From assembly GCA_965140445.1 (NCBI GenBank), contig OZ223236.1:800001-864000 (forward strand): DNA of 64,000 bases, written 5' to 3'. Under the pieces are notes generated by a model. It saw only the letters and a program-made list of their open reading frames with translations, was not told the origin of the DNA and searched no databases. This DNA comes from Candidatus Ozemobacteraceae bacterium (lineage in GTDB: Bacteria; Muiribacteriota; Ozemobacteria; Ozemobacterales; Ozemobacteraceae). The position numbers were made by a program, and so were the translations under genes. Shown piece by piece: positions 54,029-62,689 of this stretch (position 1 is its first letter; each line of letters begins with the position of its first letter).

Positions 54029-54342
54029 GGCTTGATTACCCCATGCCCTTTCTGCATTTTTACGTGCATGCCTTCTTTTAGCGGGGTTATGCAGGTCATG
54101 GTATTAATTTTTCCATCGACTTCCATTATGCAGCTGGAGCAACGACCAATTGCGCAGAAGAAACCACGAGCTCTGTTTTTTTGAGGGCTTCGGCGAAGCA
54201 TTTTTACGCCAGCGGCATGAAGTGCGGCTGCAATAGGTTCTCCTGCATAGCCTTCGAGTTCTTTGTCTTCAAATTGAAACTTAACTTTTTCTTTTTTCTC
54301 GAATTCGAGAATAGGATGACTCGTTATCCTGAGAGAGGACAT
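54025..54342 (-). CDS. (2Fe-2S)-binding protein (HcnA / sarcosine oxidase alpha N-terminus-like)
   Basis: GEPIAAAL, RGFFCAIGRCSSC...TCITP. Confidence 0.9.
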   Translation of the reverse strand: MSSLRITSHPILEFEKKEKVKFQFEDKELEGYAGEPIAAALHAAGVKMLRRSPQKNRARGFFCAIGRCSSCIMEVDGKINTMTCITPLKEGMHVKMQKGHGVIKP

Positions 54343-54525
54343 TCCTCTTTCCTCCTTGATTCCTTGAGCATTTTGCTTTTGTTTTTTTCTGTGTGTAAAT
54401 GCTATGGCTACTTCTTTTCTTTTATATAGGACAATGATAGGATTTATTATACCCTATTTTAATCGATGTTAGGTACACTTCGAATAAAAAACAATCCATA
54501 AGTTTTTGTTCTCGTTATTAGATGT

Positions 54526-56343
54526 GTGAATATGCAAAACAGAAGCAAGACGATACTATTTCTATTAATTTTAATATTACTGGCTGGTATTAAAAATTCT
54601 TCGCCAATTTCTGAGTTTGAGGCCTGGACAATTGATTTAAGGTATCGTTTCAGTAAAACTATAAAAGTTGATGATCGAATTGTAATTCTTGGTCTTGACC
54701 AAAAAACGATTGATTGGGTTGGGCGGCCGTCTTTTGCATGGGGGCCAATTTATGGGCAGATAGCAGATGTTTGTAGAACCAGTTCTGCGTCAGCTTTGCT
54801 TTATGATTGGGTTTTTTCCGCCAGCTCAGAAAAGACCCTTAGAGAATTGGTGGCTTCTGTCAGCGCAAAACATTCGTTGAGTCTTCCAAGAAGCTTTATC
54901 CGCGATATAAGTTTTGAAAGGTCTTTCAGGGCAGCTTTGATCAATGCTTGCAATAGTGGTTTGCGGGTTGTTCTTGGAGTTGGACTTGAAAACGGCCAGC
55001 CAGTTATATTAGAAAAATCGATTATGAGATCTGTTCCAGCGGACTGTATCGGTTATTTCAATATGGTTACTGATGTTGATGGAAAAATCAGAAGAATCAG
55101 ATTACAGACAAAGTCCGCTTCTGGTGAGGTTGTTAATTCTATTTCACTTGCTTTATTCAAGGCTTGCTTTCCAGAAATAGTAATTGGCGATGATTATTTT
55201 AACGAAAAATACATTGGATTTGCCGGCAAAAGAGGTAGTTTTAAGACGATTTCGCTTGCTGATATCTTAAGCGGTAGAGAGGGTGTTGAAAAATTGCGGA
55301 GTCAGTTAAAAGATAAAATTGTTTTAACTGGTTTTACAGAAATTACAGATTTGAAAAACACTCCATTTGGATTTATGCCTGGAGTAGAGATTCATGCAAA
55401 TTTGATAAACAGCCTGATAAGTAATTCGTTTAAAAATTTGGCAAATCCAGATTTTTATTACTTCATTTTATTAGGTTTTTTTGTCGTTCAATTTCTGATA
55501 AGCCTTTTTAAACCGCAGATTTCACTGATTTTATTGCCAATTGGCACTTTAGCTTATTCCTGGTTCGCCTTCTCAGAATTTAGTTCTCAAATTGTTCCCC
55601 TTGCATTGCCTATGGTTGGATTTTGTTTGATCTTTTTGTTTGAGATCATTGCCAGCTTTTATAAAGTTTTCAGGGAAAAAGGAAGGCTTAAAGGCATTTT
55701 TTCCAGATATGTGAGTGATACTGTTCTGGATGAAATTTTGAGTAAGAAAGACGAGGATTTTTTGTGCGGAACGCGCAGGGAACTGGGAATATTAGTTGCT
55801 GATATAAGAGGGTTCACAACTTTTAGTGAAAAAAGGAACGCTCATGAGGTTGTAGCTTTTTTGAATGGCTATTTTTCTAAGGTCACAGAAATCATTCTTA
55901 ATAATGATGGAGTTGTAGACAAGTTCCTTGGTGACGGTGTATTGGCATTTTTCAATGCGCCGGTGGAGAAAAAGAATTTCGCGGAAAATGCTGTGAAATC
56001 AGCAATTGAGATCGCTCAGTTTTCAAGAACAAAAGAGTTTAAGGAGATGTGTGGCGACACTGAATTAAAGATCGGTATTGCTATTCATTCTGGAGAAGTG
56101 GTTTTTGGCAACATCGGTTCAGAAAAGAAGGCTGAGTTCACTGTAATAGGGGATGCGGTGAATACAACATCCAGATTGGAAAGTATGAACAAAGAATTTA
56201 AATCAGAGATTATTTGTAGTAAAAATATGGCGGATAAGATTGATTTTCAGGGCTTTAGTGGAGTTAAATTTAAGGCTTTACCGAAAGTAGAAATCAGAGG
56301 AAAAGAAGAAAAGCTGGATATTTTTTCCCTCGAATTGGAATGA
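54526..56343 (+). CDS. CHASE2-domain class III adenylate cyclase
   Basis: DVDGKIRR, LKDKIVLTG, TPFGFMPGVEIHAN; cyclase motifs ADIRGFT, DKFLGDG, EFTVIGDAVNTTSRLE. Confidence 0.92.
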   Translation: MNMQNRSKTILFLLILILLAGIKNSSPISEFEAWTIDLRYRFSKTIKVDDRIVILGLDQKTIDWVGRPSFAWGPIYGQIADVCRTSSASALLYDWVFSASSEKTLRELVASVSAKHSLSLPRSFIRDISFERSFRAALINACNSGLRVVLGVGLENGQPVILEKSIMRSVPADCIGYFNMVTDVDGKIRRIRLQTKSASGEVVNSISLALFKACFPEIVIGDDYFNEKYIGFAGKRGSFKTISLADILSGREGVEKLRSQLKDKIVLTGFTEITDLKNTPFGFMPGVEIHANLINSLISNSFKNLANPDFYYFILLGFFVVQFLISLFKPQISLILLPIGTLAYSWFAFSEFSSQIVPLALPMVGFCLIFLFEIIASFYKVFREKGRLKGIFSRYVSDTVLDEILSKKDEDFLCGTRRELGILVADIRGFTTFSEKRNAHEVVAFLNGYFSKVTEIILNNDGVVDKFLGDGVLAFFNAPVEKKNFAENAVKSAIEIAQFSRTKEFKEMCGDTELKIGIAIHSGEVVFGNIGSEKKAEFTVIGDAVNTTSRLESMNKEFKSEIICSKNMADKIDFQGFSGVKFKALPKVEIRGKEEKLDIFSLELE

Positions 56344-56356
56344 TTCAGGAGGTTTT

Positions 56357-57424
56357 ATGAAAAGAACGTGTATGTTTATTCTCCTATTTGTCTCGCTTTG
56401 TCTTAGTGTTAGCGCAAACGAGGTGGCTTTGGTAACTGAGCTTTCCGGGAAGGTTGCAGCCGAGTTTCAAGGCGATAAGTGGACTATTGAGCTTGCTGAG
56501 ATGATTCCAGCCGAGTCTACTCTAAAAACGGGGGACAAAGGACATCTTACTATAGTTCATTTCCCGCTTAATAAAGAGTTTCAGATTGGTGAAAATGCTG
56601 AAATTATGGTTGGCGAGAAGTCTGTTAAATCTGAGCAGGCAATTGAGACAACTTCGCTTAAGATGGTCGCTGAAAATGTGTCGTTGAATGCTGATATGAA
56701 CCAGCAAACAGGTGCTGCTGATGCTGACAAAGCGCTCAGTAAAAACTCCGTAAATCCAGGTTCTGTTGTGCCTGAAGAGTTGCTGGAGGTTGGCGAGGAT
56801 AGTTTTACTGAAGAAGAGCAGAGTGAGGTGGGAACAAATAACAAAAAATTGGAAGTTGGATTGGACCATATATCTGAAGTTAGTCCTTCTAAATCTGATG
56901 ATTATCAACGAAAGCTAGTTGATTCCCATTCTAACTCTCAAAATTGTTTTTCAAGAAGTCCCTCAGCCAAGACAAAGGAAGAAAAAGAAAGTACTCGCCA
57001 GAGGGCCATGCCTAAAAAGTTAAAAAAGCCTGAAATCAATAAAAACATTGCCATGGCTATGCCAAAAGAAATTTATGAAAAGTTCAGTCTGGAAGAAGGG
57101 CAGCCAATAATCTTATCAGAGTTTCCATCTGCTGAGATATCTAAGGTTAATCTGAATGACGGTTGGTATATTCTTAGCCTGTCTTTACCAGAAACCTTTT
57201 TCAAAATGAACAAAAAGCTGTCTTTAAAGGCTCTTGAGGGGTCTTTGGAGTTTCAGGTAAATACATTTAACTCTAAAATACCTGCAGTTAAGGATTTATG
57301 GATGCTTGAGCAGAGTGGTTTCTATGCCCAGGCGGCTTGTGGTTGGATTCAACTTCATAATGAGGGTGCCGTAAAGGATCGACTTTTCAAAAGCCACATG
57401 AAACGTCTTAAATCTAAAATGTAG
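56357..57424 (+). CDS. Exported hypothetical protein with FecR-like N-terminus
   Basis: RBS AGGAGG; signal peptide; VALVTELSGKV...TLKTGDKGHLTI pattern; adjacent to the CHASE2 cyclase. Confidence 0.6.
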   Translation: MKRTCMFILLFVSLCLSVSANEVALVTELSGKVAAEFQGDKWTIELAEMIPAESTLKTGDKGHLTIVHFPLNKEFQIGENAEIMVGEKSVKSEQAIETTSLKMVAENVSLNADMNQQTGAADADKALSKNSVNPGSVVPEELLEVGEDSFTEEEQSEVGTNNKKLEVGLDHISEVSPSKSDDYQRKLVDSHSNSQNCFSRSPSAKTKEEKESTRQRAMPKKLKKPEINKNIAMAMPKEIYEKFSLEEGQPIILSEFPSAEISKVNLNDGWYILSLSLPETFFKMNKKLSLKALEGSLEFQVNTFNSKIPAVKDLWMLEQSGFYAQAACGWIQLHNEGAVKDRLFKSHMKRLKSKM

Positions 57425-57428
57425 ACAT

Positions 57429-57467
57429 AAAAAAAAGACAGCTGATTGATCAGCTGTCTTTTTTTTT
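57429..57467. terminator. Bidirectional intrinsic terminator
   Basis: A8-GACAGCTGA-TTGA-TCAGCTGTC-T9. Confidence 0.85.
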
Positions 57468-57478
57468 GTTAATTTTTT

Positions 57479-58438
57479 TTACTGCTTGTGGCTCTTTTTC
57501 TTAATTGCTTTTTTGTCTTTAAAGTTTTTCACATCTTTGCCTGGCTTTGAAAATGTTTTTCCCTTTTTAGGTTTTTTATCAAAACTTTTCTTATCTGTGG
57601 TTGGGTTTTTGGGCAAAGCTTTGGAAGCGATTTTTCCAGGTGCGGTTTTTTTCAAATCCTGAGATTTTTTTTCGCCATCAGTTTTAGTTGGTTTTGAATC
57701 CCGTCTATCCTTTTGTAGCTGAACGGCTTTCATCAGGTCAGAGGTTTCTCTTTTGGTTAATGGTCGCAGTTCGCCTGGTTTCATGTTGCCAAGATAAACA
57801 GGACCAAATCTGATTCTATGAAGTAGCTCAACTTTTCGATCCAATTTTTCAAACATTTTTCTGATTTGACGCTTTCTTCCTTCTTTAAGAATCACTGTAT
57901 ATGTTTGTGGATCTCTTTTTTGAAAAATTTTACATGGCGCAGTCATGCCATCTTCAAGCTTAACGCCTTTTCGGAAGTTTTCTTTTTCTGGTCCGGTTAA
58001 AGAAGAACCGAATATTCTGACTACGTATTCTTTTTCAACTTTGTAGGAGGGATGCAACAAACGATTAGTCAATTCTCCATCATCTGTAATGATAAGTATT
58101 CCAGATGATTTAAGATCTAGTCTTCCCACTGGATATAGTCTTTTTCCCTTGGGGAGATATTCTTTGATCGTTTTTCTGCCAAATTCATCCTTTAAGGTTG
58201 TCAAAACATCAACTGGTTTATGAAAAGCATAGATGCTAAATGATTTTCTTTTTTTAAAAATCTGTTTTCCGTCAATTTTGATAATTGGCAGATTATTTGG
58301 GTCTATTTTAAATCCTGGTTCTGTAAGAGGTTCTTCGTTTATTGTAACTCTTCCAGATGCGATAAACTCTTCAATTTTTCTTCTGGAAGCAATGCCCCAG
58401 TCTGAGAGTAGCTTTTGAATTCTTATTAATTCTGCCAT
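57479..58438 (-). CDS. rluB: RsuA/RluB-family rRNA pseudouridine synthase with Lys-rich tail
   Basis: S4 domain RIQKLLSDWGIASRRK; YPVGRLD; LKEGRKRQIRKM; LHRIRFGP. Confidence 0.88.
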   Translation of the reverse strand: MAELIRIQKLLSDWGIASRRKIEEFIASGRVTINEEPLTEPGFKIDPNNLPIIKIDGKQIFKKRKSFSIYAFHKPVDVLTTLKDEFGRKTIKEYLPKGKRLYPVGRLDLKSSGILIITDDGELTNRLLHPSYKVEKEYVVRIFGSSLTGPEKENFRKGVKLEDGMTAPCKIFQKRDPQTYTVILKEGRKRQIRKMFEKLDRKVELLHRIRFGPVYLGNMKPGELRPLTKRETSDLMKAVQLQKDRRDSKPTKTDGEKKSQDLKKTAPGKIASKALPKNPTTDKKSFDKKPKKGKTFSKPGKDVKNFKDKKAIKKKSHKQ

Positions 58439-58441
58439 TTG

Positions 58442-59536
58442 TTATTCAATCCAATCTAAATCAATTGTAAATTTCATTATTCTGGTTTTGCGCTTTTGAA
58501 GGTAGGTTCCTCTACTAAAAAAGGGATTGCCTATAAAGCCACAGTTTTTCAGAACGGGAAAAACCTTGGTGAAAATATCTGAACTATTGGGGGTATAACC
58601 AATAAGTTGTATTTTTCTTTGAAAGTCCGTATTAAATCCAGATAAAACTATTCCAGAGCTATAGTCTGAGGCATTAAAAATCCACTGCAGGGATTTTAAT
58701 TGGAATAGACTGTGCAAGTTGGCAATTTTATCCTCAGATGCTGTATTATTGCTTGTTCGTCCTTTTATTGAGAATGTAGAAATAGAATCAAGCTCAGAAT
58801 CCAGTGAGAGACTGCTCAGCAAGGAGCTATTTTTCTCAAGTGTTTTAAAAAAATCTGAGAATTTATTCGCGTTAACTTGTAGCCTAATGCTTAATGCTCC
58901 CGAAGAAGAGTTGTTTTCAATTATATTGCCACTTTCTGTAAGCTCGGCAGTAAAATCTTTAAAAATGTCTGGTTCAACAGCTACAGGCTCTTTATCAATT
59001 TTTTCGTTAAAGTTCTTTGTAAAGATAGCAACTGAAGAATTTGGGTGTGGTTCTGTGCCAGAAAACTTCAGGCCAAATTTTTCTACTAATTGCAGATTAT
59101 GTTGAAGTTGTTCCGGCTTATCAAAGCGGATTTTTAAACTAATTGACAGACTGTCAATTGAATAGGAAATGTGATTTTCCATTGATTGCCAATCTGCATT
59201 TAAAAGACTTTCAAATTCAGAGATTTTCAAAAAGGATTCAGAAACTTTTTTCATGCGAAATTTCCAAACCGAATTGTTTTGGGAGTAGGACATAGCTATA
59301 ACTGAAAGGCCAGTGTTTTCTTTAAAAACTGATTCCAGTTCCTGGTAACTTTTGTTTGAAGACATTTCGACAGAGAAAACCACATCTCCATCAATATCCT
59401 TTGAAAATTCAGAAGAAATCAGTTTGTCCGGTTCTTTTATGTTCTCTTCAATGAGAAAGAACTCAGCGGGTTGAGCTAAGCAGGAGAGATTAATCAGCAA
59501 AATGAATATAACTGCACTAAAAATGGAATTTCTCAT
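58442..59536 (-). CDS. Exported hypothetical protein, C-terminus weakly PilN-like
   Basis: Signal peptide; C-terminal IQLIGYT...IFTKVFPVLK...MKFTIDLDW pattern; directly downstream of pilB. Confidence 0.5.
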   Translation of the reverse strand: MRNSIFSAVIFILLINLSCLAQPAEFFLIEENIKEPDKLISSEFSKDIDGDVVFSVEMSSNKSYQELESVFKENTGLSVIAMSYSQNNSVWKFRMKKVSESFLKISEFESLLNADWQSMENHISYSIDSLSISLKIRFDKPEQLQHNLQLVEKFGLKFSGTEPHPNSSVAIFTKNFNEKIDKEPVAVEPDIFKDFTAELTESGNIIENNSSSGALSIRLQVNANKFSDFFKTLEKNSSLLSSLSLDSELDSISTFSIKGRTSNNTASEDKIANLHSLFQLKSLQWIFNASDYSSGIVLSGFNTDFQRKIQLIGYTPNSSDIFTKVFPVLKNCGFIGNPFFSRGTYLQKRKTRIMKFTIDLDWIE

Positions 59537-59568
59537 GGGGATACCTCTTAAGATTTTTGGAAAAGCGT

Positions 59569-62500
59569 TTATTGAACGGTAGGAATTGCAACGGTTACTA
59601 ATGTGCTAGTTCCCGGAGTGCTTTTGACACTGACTTTTCCTTTTTGGGATTCCACAAGTTTTTTTACAACCGATAGCCCTAATCCCAGAGTTTTTCGTTC
59701 AATTGGGGAGAACGGAATGAAGAGCTTTTTCTGATTTTCTTCTTTTATTCCATCTCCACTATCAAAGATAATAAATTCTATAACGTTATCTGTTTTAGGT
59801 TTTAATCTGGTAACAACTTTTATCTCTCCACCGTTTTTGACTGCAAGTAATGCGTTAATAAAAAGGTTAGTTGCAATGAGCTTAAAGCTGTCAATATCTA
59901 TGGCTACGCTGGGAAGATTTTTGGGAAGACTTTTGGAAACTTTAAGACCTTTTCCGACTTCTTTTTCTCCAGATACTAATCTAGCTGTTACAACATGCTC
60001 TTTCAGACGACCAAAGATTTCTTTTTCTATTAGTTCATTTAATTGTATTTTTTTCAGGTTATTTTGTGTTTCACCAAAATGCGCCAGAAGATTTTTTAGA
60101 TTGAAATCCATCTTTTGGCCCTGGGCTTGAATTAGAGGAAGAACTTTTGCTGCATCTTCGTTTTTGGCAGCTTGTGCGCGCATATGAGCAAGCGGATCAG
60201 CCAGGCCTTTTTTCAAAAGCTCATTTGAAATGTTTGCAACAGTTCCGGAATTATCTCCACCAATGCTTTTTAAAGCTGAAGTGAATTCATGTAGTTCTTT
60301 GGTAAAGTCTCCCAGTCCTGCAATTGGAGTATCTGTTGATATGGCAGGAGTTTGGGAATCTATTTCAGCTTGAGCCGCAGCATCGCTTTCTGCTTTCAAG
60401 GTTGCTCTTGATTTGTGTTTAAAAGGCGTTTTGCCAACATCGTCTTCTGCGTCTGCGCCTTCGTCTATTGTTGTTCTGACGACTTCCTCAACAGTTGTTG
60501 CCCCTGAAAGCAATTTATACAAAGCCGATTCACGCAAAGACAGCATTCCATCAGCAAGAGCTTGTCTGCGCATTGCTTCTGTTGTTGCACTTTCTTCTAC
60601 CAGCTCTTTGAAATCTTGGGTCATGTTGAGAACTTCGTAAATACCTTGTCTGCCCTTCATTCCAGAGTTGTCACATTCAGGGCAGCCCTGACCTTTATAA
60701 AACTTTATGTTTTCCAGGTCTATTTTATCTGTGAGTCTTAATTTCTCTATTAATTTTTGATCCACGCCAAGGGTTCTTAATAGATCTTTGTCGGGTGTAT
60801 ATTCAACCTTGCACGTCTTACAAATTCTTCGAACCAGTCTCTGCGCTTCAACAATACGTAATGCTGTAGAAAGGCTGAAAGGTTCAATTCCCATATTTAA
60901 AAGACGAGCAACTGTTGAAGGAGCATCATTGGTATGAAGAGTTGAAATGACCAGATGGCCTGTCATTGCTGCTTTAATTGCAATACTCGCAGAATCATAA
61001 TCGCGAATCTCACCCAACATAACTACGTCTGGATCCTGCCTAAGGAAGGAACGCAATGCGGCAGAAAAGTCGAGTCCGATGTCTGCATGACATTGGACCT
61101 GATTGATTCCCATAAGGTTATATTCCACCGGATCTTCGGCGGTCATAATGTTAACGCCAGGATTGTTTAAAAGGTGTAGAGCTGAATAGAGGGTTGTTGT
61201 TTTTCCAGAGCCTGTTGGTCCTGTAACAAGAACGATTCCATTTGGAGCTCTAACCCCTTCCATAAATGTTTCAAGAACATGAGGTTCAAACCCAAGATCT
61301 GTCAGGTCAACCTTTAAGTTGCCCTGATCCAAAAGACGCATAACAACTTTTTCGCCCCAAACACAAGGAATACAAGATACACGGAGATCCAGCTTGCTTT
61401 TCTGAATCATCATCTTGATACGCCCGTCTTGTGGCTTTCTGGTTTCGGCAATATCAAGGTTTGCCATAACCTTAATTCTGCTTATAACTCCAGCGTGAGC
61501 TCCTTTGGCCGGGGTCATGTGGAGTTTTAATACACCATCTTGTCTAAATCTTACTCTTAACTCTGTTTCGTAGACCTCAATATGAATATCCGAAACTTTT
61601 AGCTGGTATGCCTGGGTAAGAATTAAGTTAACAAGCTTGATAATCGGGGCATCATTTTCACCAAATTCAAGCCCATCTTCGCCTTCGCCACCGGAGCCTT
61701 CTGTTCCAATGCCATCAGCGAGTGCATCTATGCTATCTCCATAAAGATTGCCAAGTGCTGACATAATAGATAGTTCCGAACTAACAACTGGAGAGACACG
61801 CATTCCAGTCATCATTTCAATATGGTCGATAGTAATAATGTCGGTTGGGTCGGTCATGGCAAGAACCAACTTGCCTTTTTCTCTCTTAACTGGGCAAAGA
61901 ATTTGTTCGTAGCACAATTTTTTGGGTAATAATGTTGCTAATACTGGATCTACAAGACTTTCGTCCAGGTCGATAAATGGGATACTAAATTGTTTTGATA
62001 GAGCTATTGAGAGTTGCTTGTTAGTAAGAATTCCGTGCTTAACCAGGTAAGCTCCCATTCTAAGCTTTTCGTTTTTTGCTCCCTTGAGAGCCTCTCCTAA
62101 TTGTTCATCCGTAATATATTTGGATTCAATTAGAATGTCGCCAAGACGTTTTTTTCCCTGACCCTTTTTCTTGTTCTTACTGGCCTTGCCATCGTTGAGC
62201 ATTTGATCAATTTTTTCATCCAGTTGATCAGCTAAAACTTTTGCCAAACGAATGCCTAATGCCGGGCTGGCTCCAAGGTTAAGTGCCAGGTCTGGAATTG
62301 CTGGATTCACAGCTCCGACCAGCAGTTCCTGCCCACTAAGCTGTATTGGAATTACCAGATTGGTTTTTATGGAGTCTGGAGGTATAAGCTTAAAAGCTTC
62401 AAGGGGGATGTCCTGCTCTTCGAGATTGATAAATGGCATATTCAAAATCGAAGCTTCCAGTTTGGCTAATGTGACCGGATCAATGTTTTCCCGCGCGGCA

Positions 62501-62664
62501 ACAGCTTCTACAAGAGATTCTGCTTCGGGGTTGTTTGCTCTAAGATTTGCCCATTCTTCTGGACTGAGCAGATCTTCTTTTTGTAAGAGCCTGCCAAGCT
62601 CATCAATAGATTCAGCATCCAGTGGAAAAGCTTGAAATGATGTTTTAAAAATTCCTTGATCCAT
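59569..62664 (-). CDS. pilB: PilB/GspE assembly ATPase with two MshEN-type N-domains and a fused C-terminal HATPase_c-like domain
   Basis: SDIHIE, KPQDGRI, GPTGSGKTTTLY, EDPVEY, LRQDPDVVMLGEIRD, TGHLVISTLHTND, Zn motif CxxC...CxxC; C-terminal NLFINA, DSGDGI, LFIPF, GLGLS. Confidence 0.93.
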   Translation of the reverse strand: MDQGIFKTSFQAFPLDAESIDELGRLLQKEDLLSPEEWANLRANNPEAESLVEAVAARENIDPVTLAKLEASILNMPFINLEEQDIPLEAFKLIPPDSIKTNLVIPIQLSGQELLVGAVNPAIPDLALNLGASPALGIRLAKVLADQLDEKIDQMLNDGKASKNKKKGQGKKRLGDILIESKYITDEQLGEALKGAKNEKLRMGAYLVKHGILTNKQLSIALSKQFSIPFIDLDESLVDPVLATLLPKKLCYEQILCPVKREKGKLVLAMTDPTDIITIDHIEMMTGMRVSPVVSSELSIMSALGNLYGDSIDALADGIGTEGSGGEGEDGLEFGENDAPIIKLVNLILTQAYQLKVSDIHIEVYETELRVRFRQDGVLKLHMTPAKGAHAGVISRIKVMANLDIAETRKPQDGRIKMMIQKSKLDLRVSCIPCVWGEKVVMRLLDQGNLKVDLTDLGFEPHVLETFMEGVRAPNGIVLVTGPTGSGKTTTLYSALHLLNNPGVNIMTAEDPVEYNLMGINQVQCHADIGLDFSAALRSFLRQDPDVVMLGEIRDYDSASIAIKAAMTGHLVISTLHTNDAPSTVARLLNMGIEPFSLSTALRIVEAQRLVRRICKTCKVEYTPDKDLLRTLGVDQKLIEKLRLTDKIDLENIKFYKGQGCPECDNSGMKGRQGIYEVLNMTQDFKELVEESATTEAMRRQALADGMLSLRESALYKLLSGATTVEEVVRTTIDEGADAEDDVGKTPFKHKSRATLKAESDAAAQAEIDSQTPAISTDTPIAGLGDFTKELHEFTSALKSIGGDNSGTVANISNELLKKGLADPLAHMRAQAAKNEDAAKVLPLIQAQGQKMDFNLKNLLAHFGETQNNLKKIQLNELIEKEIFGRLKEHVVTARLVSGEKEVGKGLKVSKSLPKNLPSVAIDIDSFKLIATNLFINALLAVKNGGEIKVVTRLKPKTDNVIEFIIFDSGDGIKEENQKKLFIPFSPIERKTLGLGLSVVKKLVESQKGKVSVKSTPGTSTLVTVAIPTVQ

Positions 62665-62689
62665 AAATTTTCACTCTAACCCGTTTTGT

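Noticed and set aside
57479..57720. Lys-rich tail of the pseudouridine synthase as a novelty
   Set aside because: Basic disordered C-tails are common in RluB-family enzymes.
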